NCBI GenBank assembly: GCA_963828525.1
Contig: CAWHEP010000009.1
Location: 1-64,000 of the forward strand
Reading direction: 5' to 3'
Length of the DNA: 64,000 nucleotides
Source of the DNA: an uncultured Verrucomicrobiae bacterium
Lineage (GTDB): Bacteria > Verrucomicrobiota > Verrucomicrobiia > Chthoniobacterales > Chthoniobacteraceae
The notes beneath the pieces were generated by a model. The model ran no database searches. It saw only the letters and a list, made by a program, of their open reading frames with translations, and was not told where the DNA came from. The position numbers were made by a program, and so were the translations under genes. Below are positions 39,712 through 48,782 of the stretch, piece after piece (positions within the stretch are counted from its first letter, which is position 1; every line of letters begins with the position of its first letter).

Positions 39712-42204
39712 ATGTCCGAAACCGAGAACGAAACGATTACCCCTCCTCAGCCGCGGCGGCCCGATCTGAGCAGCGGCGTAAAGCTTGGAGAACGGTTCAT
39801 TCTGAAGGACCGCGTGGAATGGGGCGCAGACCCATTGGTTCTATTCACCGCGACAGATGAAACGACCTCGAAGGACTGTATTCTAGCCTTTCTTCCCGAA
39901 GCGGTCCTCGCGGATCCCGCCGCGTTGAAAGAATTGCGCAACCTCGCGCGTCTCAATCGCCGGTTAATACATCCGAACATTGTTCGGATCCACGAGCTGG
40001 TGGAAGAGCCACAGTGGGCCGCAATTCTGATGGATTTTGCGGAAGGTGAGAGCCTCGCGTTGGCGCGGCTCGGGAAGGAAAAGCACATCGCGCAGCCGGA
40101 AGAGGCAGGGCCCTGGATCGCGCGAATTTGTCAGACACTTCACGATGCGAGCCAAACCGGTCTCCTTCATCTGGACGTCGCGCCGGCAAACCTGATCCTT
40201 TCGAACTCTGGAGCACTGCGCGTGGCCAACTTCAGGGTCACTCGCTGCGCGCAGGATGCCGTCGCGCGAGCCGTCGGACAGGCCACAACATCTGCCGGGC
40301 GCCTGAGTCCCCAGCGCATGCAGGGAGAGGCTCCCTCGCAGGCGGACGACGTTTATTCTCTGGGAATATTGATCTTTGAGCTTTTAACCGGAGAGCTGCC
40401 TTTTGCGGGGAAAGACATCAAGAGTGAGGCGCGCGACAGCGTTCCGCCTCTGCTTTCGGAGCGCCGGAGAGAACTAGGGCCTGTCCCGGAAAGCTGGGAT
40501 CGCGCGGTTGCAGCCTGCCTCGAAAAGGATCCTTCCAAACGCCCGCGCAGCGTGTTGGAAGTCGCGGAAATGCTAGAGGGCAAGATCCGCCCCGACGCCA
40601 TTAGCCAAAGCGCCGGCGCCGGCGCAACGATCTCTGGTATTGGAATTCCCCCTGGCCCAGACACTCTCGCCGAAGCGGTTACCCAGACAAAGGATTCGGC
40701 CCCTGGTTCGACGAAGCATGTAGTGCTGGTTCCATCGGCTTTGACGCCGACCTCCGCGGACACGAAATCCGACCCGCCTGTTTCAAAGTCCCGCTTCCCG
40801 GGGCTCGCGATGGCGGCTGTCGCCATCCTCGCCGCGTTAATCGGCGCCGCAGTCTTTCTCTCCAACAAATCGTCTGAGCCTGCTGGTGCCTCCTCCCCCA
40901 CCCCCGCTCCCCAGCATGCCCAGAGTTCGCCATCCCCGGCGATGGCTGCCCTCCCACAACCTTCCATCACGCCCCCTGTATCGGAAAAAGAGAGAGCCAG
41001 GCAGGAGCTTGAGGCCGCTCAAGCGGAAGTTTCCGAAAAATCAAAGGCGTTATTCACGGGAAAGCAGATTGCGGACGAACTTGCGAATCAGGTGAAGCCC
41101 TTGCGTGAGGAGCAGGACAGAACAGAGACAGACGCCCACGCTGCGCAGGAGGTCGCCGCGCAGAAGGCACATACCGCCGACGAGGCTAAGAAGGCCGCTG
41201 ATGACACGGAGGCTAAAGCCAAGGCAGCGGCGCTTGCCGTGCCACAACTCGAGAAGGCGCTTCAGAAAGCCCAGGATTCGCTGGTAGCCCGACGTCTTGC
41301 AGCGAAGGCGGCCGGGACCACCGCGGGTGGGGATTCTTCTGAAAAACCAAACGCGGTTCTGTCTGGATCAGGAAAAATCGCTGCTCCAGGCGCAACAGCG
41401 GCGCCGGAGTCTGCCGCTTCCCCGGTGAAACTGGGAAAATCGCCTACTTTGAGCATTCTTGCAGTCAATCAGAGGCCCACAGTATCGAAGACGTTGGTCA
41501 ACAGCTTGGGAATGCGTTTCGCTCCAGTCGGAAATGTGCTCTTTGGCATATGGCCTGTCAGGGTTCGCGACTTCGCGGAGTTTGCCAAAGCTTCGGGCTT
41601 CGCTTCCAGCGCCTGGAAGGATCCTGGCTTTGAACAGGCTCCGGATCACCCGGTGGTCTACGTAAGCTGGGACGACGCTATGAGCTTTTGCAAATGGCTC
41701 ACGGAAAAGGAACGGAAAGATGGAACTCTCGCCGCGAACCAATACTACCGTCTCCCGACCGATCTGGAGTGGAGCAAAGGAGTCGGCCTTCAGGAAGAAG
41801 CGGGTGGCACTCCCGAATCCCATGACATGGACATAACCGGAGTATTTCCTTGGGGAACGCAGTGGCCGCCGCCGCCCCGTTCCGGCAATTACACCGGGGA
41901 AGAGACGAATTCAGAAGTTGCGATCCACGGTTACAATGATGGATACCCGTGGACGTCGCCTGTGGGAGCTTTTCCACCCAATAAACTTGGCCTCTACGAC
42001 ATGGGCGGCAATGTTTCCCAGTGGGTTATGGACTCGTGGAATTCAGAACAGCGGGCAAAGGTTCTACGGGGCGGCTCCTGGTATAACGGAGCCCTGCGGC
42101 TGAGCCTTCTTTCTTCCTGCCGCGTGCATGCTCCACCGGAGACCAGCACGGACAATTGGGGGTTTCGCTGTGTTGTCGCGCCACTTAAATCGGCATCCAA
42201 CTAA
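39712..42204 (+). CDS. pseudokinase - TM - coiled coil - FGE/SUMF1-like domain protein
   Basis: HPNIVRIHE, HLDVAPANL, DVYSLGILIFELLTGELPF; TM LAMAAVAILAALIGAAVFL; NSLGMRF, HPVVYVSWDDA, RLPTDLEW, GLYDMGGNVSQW, RGGSW, GFRCV. Confidence 0.88.
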   Translation: MSETENETITPPQPRRPDLSSGVKLGERFILKDRVEWGADPLVLFTATDETTSKDCILAFLPEAVLADPAALKELRNLARLNRRLIHPNIVRIHELVEEPQWAAILMDFAEGESLALARLGKEKHIAQPEEAGPWIARICQTLHDASQTGLLHLDVAPANLILSNSGALRVANFRVTRCAQDAVARAVGQATTSAGRLSPQRMQGEAPSQADDVYSLGILIFELLTGELPFAGKDIKSEARDSVPPLLSERRRELGPVPESWDRAVAACLEKDPSKRPRSVLEVAEMLEGKIRPDAISQSAGAGATISGIGIPPGPDTLAEAVTQTKDSAPGSTKHVVLVPSALTPTSADTKSDPPVSKSRFPGLAMAAVAILAALIGAAVFLSNKSSEPAGASSPTPAPQHAQSSPSPAMAALPQPSITPPVSEKERARQELEAAQAEVSEKSKALFTGKQIADELANQVKPLREEQDRTETDAHAAQEVAAQKAHTADEAKKAADDTEAKAKAAALAVPQLEKALQKAQDSLVARRLAAKAAGTTAGGDSSEKPNAVLSGSGKIAAPGATAAPESAASPVKLGKSPTLSILAVNQRPTVSKTLVNSLGMRFAPVGNVLFGIWPVRVRDFAEFAKASGFASSAWKDPGFEQAPDHPVVYVSWDDAMSFCKWLTEKERKDGTLAANQYYRLPTDLEWSKGVGLQEEAGGTPESHDMDITGVFPWGTQWPPPPRSGNYTGEETNSEVAIHGYNDGYPWTSPVGAFPPNKLGLYDMGGNVSQWVMDSWNSEQRAKVLRGGSWYNGALRLSLLSSCRVHAPPETSTDNWGFRCVVAPLKSASN

Positions 42205-42214
42205 GCGCCGATGT

Positions 42215-43822
42215 CTATTCGCATTCGCACATTATGCGGAAGCCAACATCGTTCGACGAGAAGTTGGGAAGATTCGAGTTCCGCGTCGTAGCGCGCAAGC
42301 TTAAAGCTCGGGACTTCCAGCTGCCGCCGCGGTAAACCCGCTTAGCGCCATTAGGCTGGCTGCGGGGATTGGTTCTCTCCTTGCCTTTATAAGGCTCAAA
42401 AAAGTCCAGGCACCACTCCCAGACGTTCCCGGCCATGTCTTCCATGCCAAACGGACTCGCGCCGCGCGGGTAGTTTCCAACAGGAGAGGTTTCCGCGTAA
42501 CCATCATCTATGTCGGCCTGCCTCCAGGCGAACGTGGTGTTGCAATCCGCGAAGTTGGCCAGATCTCCCCGTTCAAGCTCTTCACCCCAAGGGTAGCTCC
42601 GCCCTTCCATTCCTCGGGCGGCGTACTCCCATTCCGCCTCGGTCGGCAGCCGGTATTTTCGCTTTTCTGTGTGGCTCAGCCATTTGCAGAACTCCATCGA
42701 TTCCAGGCTGCTGACATGCACTACCGGGTAGTTGTCGCCGGCCCCTGACGCTCTTTTGGATGCGTGCCGCGGATCAAATTTTTCATACTCGGCATTGGTG
42801 ATAGGAAAGCGCGACATGTAGAAGCAGCTCAGCGTCGTCTTTGAGACCGGCTGTTCATTCGGAGCGGCATCGAAGGCGGCGCTTCCCATAAAGAACGAGC
42901 CGCTTGAAACAAGCAGCATCTCTGTTCCGATGCTTGAGCGAAAGTTTGGGTATTTATTCTTTTCATTTGCCCGCGCGAGCGGCGAAACAACAGGCAGCTT
43001 TTCAATCACAGGGACTTTCGGCGGGGCTGCGGCTGCTGGCTTCTCCGGGCGCTTTAAAACCGCCGGCGCTGCTGGGGCAACCTTGGCGACACTGACGGTG
43101 TTCCCCTGTTCCAGATATTCATCGATGAGGTCTTCCGCCTGCCCTCCGGTCAGCCCGAGGCTTTCTCCCATGTTACACAGCGCGTCGCGCTGATCGTCCG
43201 TCATATCATCGTCGCCAAGATTTGTCAGTCTCAGCATCCTCCGGAATTCATCGAATGGATCCCCGCCCCCTCGAAAACCTTCGCGCCCCTGCTCCGCGGC
43301 GCCTGGCGGGGGCGACTCGGGTTTGACATACCTCTTGGAGCCCGTCTTCTCCAGTTGCTCCTCGACAATGATCTTCATCTCATCGAGTTGCAGCCCCAAG
43401 TCCTGACCTATGCGATGCAGGTTTTTTTCATCTTCCTCTGCAAGCGTGCCCGTATTCACCGTAAAGGAGAAATATTTCAGAAACTCCGTGACCGCCTTTT
43501 CCTTAATCTCAGCCCGCAGACTGGCGTCGAGACGAGCCCGAATCTCGGGATCGAGGAGGTCGGTGCGCGCCTGCGCAAGGCAACGAGGCGCTTCATCCAT
43601 GCCCGCCCGCAACATCTGCGCAATCGGGTTGCTGGGCTGATTTTTGAGAGGGAGTTTTTTTTGCCACCAGATCAGCAGTTGGCGGCAATTTTCCTCTATC
43701 TGGAAACTCGTCGGGTTGCTTGAGAGATCAAGGCAGAGCCGCTCGTAAAGGTTGGCCGAATTATAGCATCTCCACCCATCCCATCTTGTTGGGCTGTCAG
43801 GCAGCGGCGAAGGCAGTGCCAT
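42215..43822 (-). CDS. J-like domain + two helical repeats + FGE/SUMF1-like domain protein
   Basis: NLYERLCL...LAQARTDLLDPEIRARLD; F..G..LGL repeats; FFMGS, PITNAEY, RLPTEAEWEYAARG, DMAGNVWEW, RGGSW, GFR. Confidence 0.82.
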   Translation of the reverse strand: MALPSPLPDSPTRWDGWRCYNSANLYERLCLDLSSNPTSFQIEENCRQLLIWWQKKLPLKNQPSNPIAQMLRAGMDEAPRCLAQARTDLLDPEIRARLDASLRAEIKEKAVTEFLKYFSFTVNTGTLAEEDEKNLHRIGQDLGLQLDEMKIIVEEQLEKTGSKRYVKPESPPPGAAEQGREGFRGGGDPFDEFRRMLRLTNLGDDDMTDDQRDALCNMGESLGLTGGQAEDLIDEYLEQGNTVSVAKVAPAAPAVLKRPEKPAAAAPPKVPVIEKLPVVSPLARANEKNKYPNFRSSIGTEMLLVSSGSFFMGSAAFDAAPNEQPVSKTTLSCFYMSRFPITNAEYEKFDPRHASKRASGAGDNYPVVHVSSLESMEFCKWLSHTEKRKYRLPTEAEWEYAARGMEGRSYPWGEELERGDLANFADCNTTFAWRQADIDDGYAETSPVGNYPRGASPFGMEDMAGNVWEWCLDFFEPYKGKERTNPRSQPNGAKRVYRGGSWKSRALSLRATTRNSNLPNFSSNDVGFRIMCECE

Positions 43823-43829
43823 GGCAGGC

Positions 43830-45410
43830 TTACATCACCTTTATCTGAGAGAGATCAGCGGTGGCCATCGCGATCTCGTTTGGCGATAGGCCAGTCGTGC
43901 GCGCGATGAACACCTTATTCTGCTTGCCATACGCGTCCACGGTGACCTCAAGCACCTGGTTTGCGTCATACCGATAGGTCAATTCAACAGGAGAGCCTTT
44001 CGGCAAGAAGGGTGGGAGTTCGATCTCACAAATTCCAAGAGGGGTGCATTCCCCGGGAACGGTGCTTTCACCCTCGACCACACGCACTATGGCGTTCTTC
44101 ATGTTTGCCTTCGCAGTGCCAAATGAGTTTTTAGTCTCGACCGGGATAGGGGTCATTTTCTTGATCATCGGGAAGACATACTCCTCAACCTTCGAATCGT
44201 CCCAAAGGACAACGCCCAGCGTATGGGTTGTTATGTTTGTAACGCGTATCAAGGCGCCATCCGATGTTGAAAACTGCTCGCGCGTTTCGATTGGCAGCAC
44301 ACGTTCACCGAGCCTGTCTTCCTCAGAAAGTAACGCGAGAATTGCCTGAATCGCCGCGCCGATAGCAACAGCCTCGTCGGGGCTGACATCTTCCGCGGTT
44401 GGCACATTGGAAATGGAGCTGATCATCTCCCGGACGGCTGGCATCCGAGTCATGCCTCCCGTCAGCAGGATGCGGTCGACCTGAGGCCATTTCATCTGAG
44501 CTTCCTGCATTACGATTTCGCAGATGGCTTTGCACTTCTCCAGAAGATGACGGCTTCGGCTCTCAAACTCTTCGCGCGCGCAGTCGATCTTCACGCTCTT
44601 GCCGCTGTAGCTATGCACGATGGTGGAACGACTTCTGCCGGAGAGTTGGATTTTGCCGGTGACCGCTCTGCTGTAGAGATCCTGATAACTCTGCAAATCC
44701 AGCAAAGGATTTTGCCCATGAGTCTTGTCAAACTCCTCCGCTACCCAGTTTACGAGGACGTCATCCCAGTCCTTGCCCCCCAGCCTGTGATCACCATTGC
44801 TGGCAAGCATGCGAATGTGATGCCCCTCAATCCGCATAATGGTGACGTCGAATGTGCCCCCACCCAAATCGAATACAAAAACCGTCTGATCCGAATCCAG
44901 TTTATCCAGCCCGTACGCGAGCGCGGCGGACGTGGGCTCATTGATAATCTGGAGCACGTTCAGGCCCGCGAGCTGCCCGGCATGCAAGGTGGCGGTGCGT
45001 TCCGAATCGTTAAAGTAAGCCGGAACGGTGATGACCGCATCCGTAATGGTCTGCCCCAGATATCTCTCCGCGTCGTTCTTCAGTTTCTTTACAATGATCG
45101 CGGAGAGTTCTTCAGCGGAATAACTCTTGCCGTTGAAGTCGCGGTGAAATTCCGCTTTGCTCTTGCCCATCTCCCTCTTCACAAAATCCACGATTTTCTC
45201 GGGCTCGGCTACCGCGTTCTGCTTCGCGAGGGTGCCTACGATGGCGCTATTTCCATCAAAGAGAATGACAGACGGAGTTATGCGCTCGCTCTCAGAATTC
45301 GGGATAATCTGGGGCTTGCCGTAGGCGTCAATATGCGCCATCGCGCAAAAAGTGGTGCCGAGATCAATGCCAATCGCCTTGCGGGAGGTGGACGTCTGTG
45401 GAGAACTCAT
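43830..45410 (-). CDS. divergent Hsp70-family chaperone lacking the C-terminal helical lid
   Basis: GIDLGTT, TPSV, AVITVPAYF, NEPTSAA, FDLGGGTFD, LGGKDWD, LTGGMTRMP; 526 aa, ends just after the SBD-beta region. Confidence 0.92.
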   Translation of the reverse strand: MSSPQTSTSRKAIGIDLGTTFCAMAHIDAYGKPQIIPNSESERITPSVILFDGNSAIVGTLAKQNAVAEPEKIVDFVKREMGKSKAEFHRDFNGKSYSAEELSAIIVKKLKNDAERYLGQTITDAVITVPAYFNDSERTATLHAGQLAGLNVLQIINEPTSAALAYGLDKLDSDQTVFVFDLGGGTFDVTIMRIEGHHIRMLASNGDHRLGGKDWDDVLVNWVAEEFDKTHGQNPLLDLQSYQDLYSRAVTGKIQLSGRSRSTIVHSYSGKSVKIDCAREEFESRSRHLLEKCKAICEIVMQEAQMKWPQVDRILLTGGMTRMPAVREMISSISNVPTAEDVSPDEAVAIGAAIQAILALLSEEDRLGERVLPIETREQFSTSDGALIRVTNITTHTLGVVLWDDSKVEEYVFPMIKKMTPIPVETKNSFGTAKANMKNAIVRVVEGESTVPGECTPLGICEIELPPFLPKGSPVELTYRYDANQVLEVTVDAYGKQNKVFIARTTGLSPNEIAMATADLSQIKVM

Positions 45411-45461
45411 TCGGAGGGGTAAAGATTACACGAGCAGCTTGGATACCAAAGCGCTAAATCG

Positions 45462-46237
45462 TCATTTTTGAGAGGACGCCGGGATCTCGACAAGAAACCC
45501 TTCCTTCCACTTTTTAACGACGACTTCCTCGGGTCTCACAACCCGATCCCGCCAGGCAAACCCCGGCTTCACGCTTCGCACGATTTCACCATCTTCTTCC
45601 GGCGGATCGGCAAGCTCCACCGCGATGGCGCGTTGCTGCTTCTTATCCAGCTTGCCCGCGCAGCGATCCAGCCGCGTGACTTCCATGCGGCACATGATCT
45701 CAAGGAGATAGTCGATGGCGTGATCCACGTTCTCCGCGAGGTGCCGAAGGAATTCTGGAGAGCGCGTGTTTGCGGCGGTCGAGTCGGCGCGGGTCGCTTC
45801 TTCCTGCGCGAAGGTCGAGCGCCTGCCGGTGAATCTCTGTCATATCATCGAACAAACCCACAAGGTCACGCACGAGCGGTTTCTGCAACACCTCCAGCAA
45901 AAAACCATCCCTATAGCCTTTCAGCTCGTGGTGGAGGGCGTCGAAAAGCTGCTGGTTTATCGAAGCGCGCCGTTCCAGCGCATCCTCACGTCGCTCATGA
46001 GAGTCGGAAGTTCACTCTGAGTAGCTGCCACTTCCTCAAGCCTGTTCAAGCCTTGTTTATTTTCAGCCGTCGCCCGCGTGAGAGCCTCCAGACCCTGCAC
46101 AAGAGGCCGAAGCATCTGCATCAAGGAAATCCCGCTTTCTGGCCTGCGCGGTCCTCCGCCTGGCTCTGCGCTTCGATCGTCAGCGTCTTCATCTGCCGGT
46201 CAAAATCGGTGTCGGCGATGGCATCGGGAAGTGGCAT
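45462..46237 (-). CDS. GrpE-like nucleotide exchange factor (three frameshifts)
   Basis: reconstructed MPLPDAIADTDFDRQM / SLMQMLRPLVQGLEAL / QQLFDALHHELKGYRDGFLLEVLQKPLVRDLVGLFDD / YLLEIMCRMEV...GEIVRSVKPGFAWRDRVVRPEEVVV. Confidence 0.8.
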
Positions 46238-46339
46238 ACGAACCCATAGCTCAGCGGGAATCCGCGCCAAAGTTAAAGAATTCGGCTCCGTTGATGGAGA
46301 GGACTAGTCTGTCGCGCGCGTTTAACCGCGGCGTGGCGC

Positions 46340-47859
46340 TCATTTGTAGAAGCGCTCAATCGCATGCAAAAGGCCGGGAATATCATGTTGCCGAGCCTCG
46401 ACATCCACGCCAGTCCCAGTTCGCGCATCGTGGAGGAAGTCACAGGGCCGATGCTCGCAGTCTTTATGCCTGCTGGGAGCGGCAGTTTTAGTGCGACGAA
46501 ATTCTCCACCGTGGACGAACTTGTGAAGGTCACGAGATCGGCGCCCTCTTCTTTGAAACGCAGAATGCCCCCGGCGGTGTCTTCCGTCTCCGGCAACCGT
46601 CCTGTACGCTATCGCCTCATCCACGATCGCGCCCATCGCCGTCAGCTCCCGCGACAGGACATCCCGCGTCACCTCCGCTTTTGCGAGCAGGATGCGTTGA
46701 TTCTCGATGCTGCTGTCTTTTTTGAATTCGCGCACAACAGCTTCCGCTACGAATTCCTCCGGCTGTAGATCCACTTTTAAATGGAAATCCTTCACGCGTC
46801 TTGCTGTGGCCGGGCCTATCGCCGCGATGCTTACGCCACCGATTTCCCGCGCGTCATCGTAGAGCTTGTAGAACATTTCAAAAAACGCGTCGACACCGTT
46901 CGGACTGGTGAAAACAATCCAATCATACGCATGGCAGTCCTGCACCAGCCGACCGAATTCCATGAGATCCCGGGGGGCTCGATTCTGATCGTCGGCAGTT
47001 CATAAACATCCGCGCCCAATTCGCTCAATCCAGCGCTCAGAGCGCCCGGCCTGCTTTCGGGTGCGAGTCACCATATCCGCCTCCCAAACAGCGGGCGCGT
47101 TTCAAACCAGTTCAGTTTGTCGCGCAGCGTCACGACGTCGCCGAACATCAGCCACGGCCGGAGCGCGCAAACCGCGCGTTTGCCGCGATGCTTCCGATCT
47201 CCTTTAGCTGTCCCTGGATGGTCTTTTGCCGTCCCAGCGTCCCCCAGCGACCATGGCGACCGGCATGTCTCGGGTCGGCGCCATGTTCCATCAGACTTTG
47301 CGGCAATTTGCTCAATCCGTTCGGTTCCCATGAGCATCACCTTTGCGCCCGGCGATTTAGCCAGGCTCTCGTAATTGATTGCTCCCTCGCTTTTGACAGG
47401 ATCTTCATGCCCTGTAAAGATAGTGACCTGCGAAGCATGCCCGCGGTGCGTGATAGGTATTCCCGCATAGGCAGGGGCCGCCAGCGCGGAACTGACACCG
47501 GGGATGATCTCGAATCCAAGACCTTCGGCAGCCAAAGCTTCCGCTTCTTCGCCCCCGCGCCCAAATAACAGCGGATCGCCTCCCTTCAGTCTACCACTAT
47601 ATTCCCTGCCATCGTTTTTTCCACAAGAAGCGTGTTGATCTCCTGCTGCGACATCGTGTGATTGCCCGCCTTTTTCCCGGCATAGATGCGCTCGGCGGAG
47701 GCGGCGCCCACGCGAGGATTTCCGGGTTGCAAAGGTAGTCATAAACAATAACATCGGCCCTCTCCACGCATTCCCGCGTTTTTAAGCGTGACCAGCCCGA
47801 TGTCTCCTGGCCCCGCGCCGGCAAGATAGCAGATTCCCTTTCTTAGTTTTTGGTTCCAT
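46340..47859 (-). CDS. cobA/hemD: uroporphyrinogen-III C-methyltransferase / synthase fusion (multiple frameshifts)
   Basis: CYLAGAGPGDIGLVTL, ADVIVYDYL, RLKGGDPLLFGRGGEE, GIPITHR; WIVFTSPNGV, AIGPAT, TFTSSSTV, SIGPVTS. Confidence 0.88.
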
Positions 47860-48777
47860 GGAGCTTCTTGAACAGGTCGTTGGCGAGTCCTTCCGGGTCG
47901 TCCAAGCGCCACAACGCGACCCCGATCAACGGAGGAGCGTTACTCCCAGAGGATCGAAGATGATCGCCTCCATTCGCAGATTGTCTCCCTGACGGGTCAC
48001 CCGCGCTCCGACCGGCAAAGTACAATCGCCGTTGAGCAAGCGCAAAAATTCACGCTCGGCCCGGATGCAAAGGAATGTCTCGGCGTCGTTTATTGGGTTC
48101 AGAAGCGCGCGTGTTTCGACCGCCGCGGTGCGCGTCTGGAGAGCGATTGCGCCCTGTCCAATGGCTGGCAGCATTTCATCCGAATCTCGATAGTGAAAAA
48201 CTCCACTCCCGGATTCAATCGTTCCTTGCGCTGAGGAGTAGCCGAGGCGATCCAGCCCTGCCTTGGCCAGAACCAGGGCCGACAGGTCACGCGGAGTCAC
48301 GGAGTTTACGAAGCCGGGTGGGAACATTTCCCCGCGCCTCGATCACGCGCAGGTCAGGCCGAATGCGGAGAAGCTGCATCTTCCTTCGCAACTGCCCGTG
48401 CCGATGATGGCGCCCTGCCGGAGGCCATCCAGACCGCCCGGTTTTTTTGTGAAATCAGCACATCCCGCACACTGGCGCGAGGGAGAACCGCCGAGATGCA
48501 AACCAGACGGAGGCAGGCAGCCGGGAGATCTTTCAGGCTGTGAACAGCGACATCGATTCTCTCGGAAAGAAGCGCCTCCTCCAGTTCCTTTGTGAACAAT
48601 CCTTTGATCCCAGCCGCACCTGCTTCAACCGCGCGGCCTTCGCTCGACTTATCTCCCGAAGTCGTGAATACCTCGCGAGGTGATCTCAATGCCCGCGTGG
48701 TGGGCGCGAAGAGCCGTCTCGACTAGACCTGTTTGCGCCAGCGCCAGCGCGCTGCCTCGTGTCCCAAGACGCAGCAT
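47843..48777 (-). CDS. hemC: hydroxymethylbilane synthase (multiple frameshifts)
   Basis: [69 protein letters not shown]. Confidence 0.9.
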
Positions 48778-48782
48778 CTCTT

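Noticed and set aside
41990..42430. Diversity-generating retroelement suggested by two tail-to-tail FGE/CLec-fold domains
   Set aside because: The two 3' regions are not near-identical at DNA level, no template repeat differing only at adenines was seen, and there is no reverse transcriptase in the window
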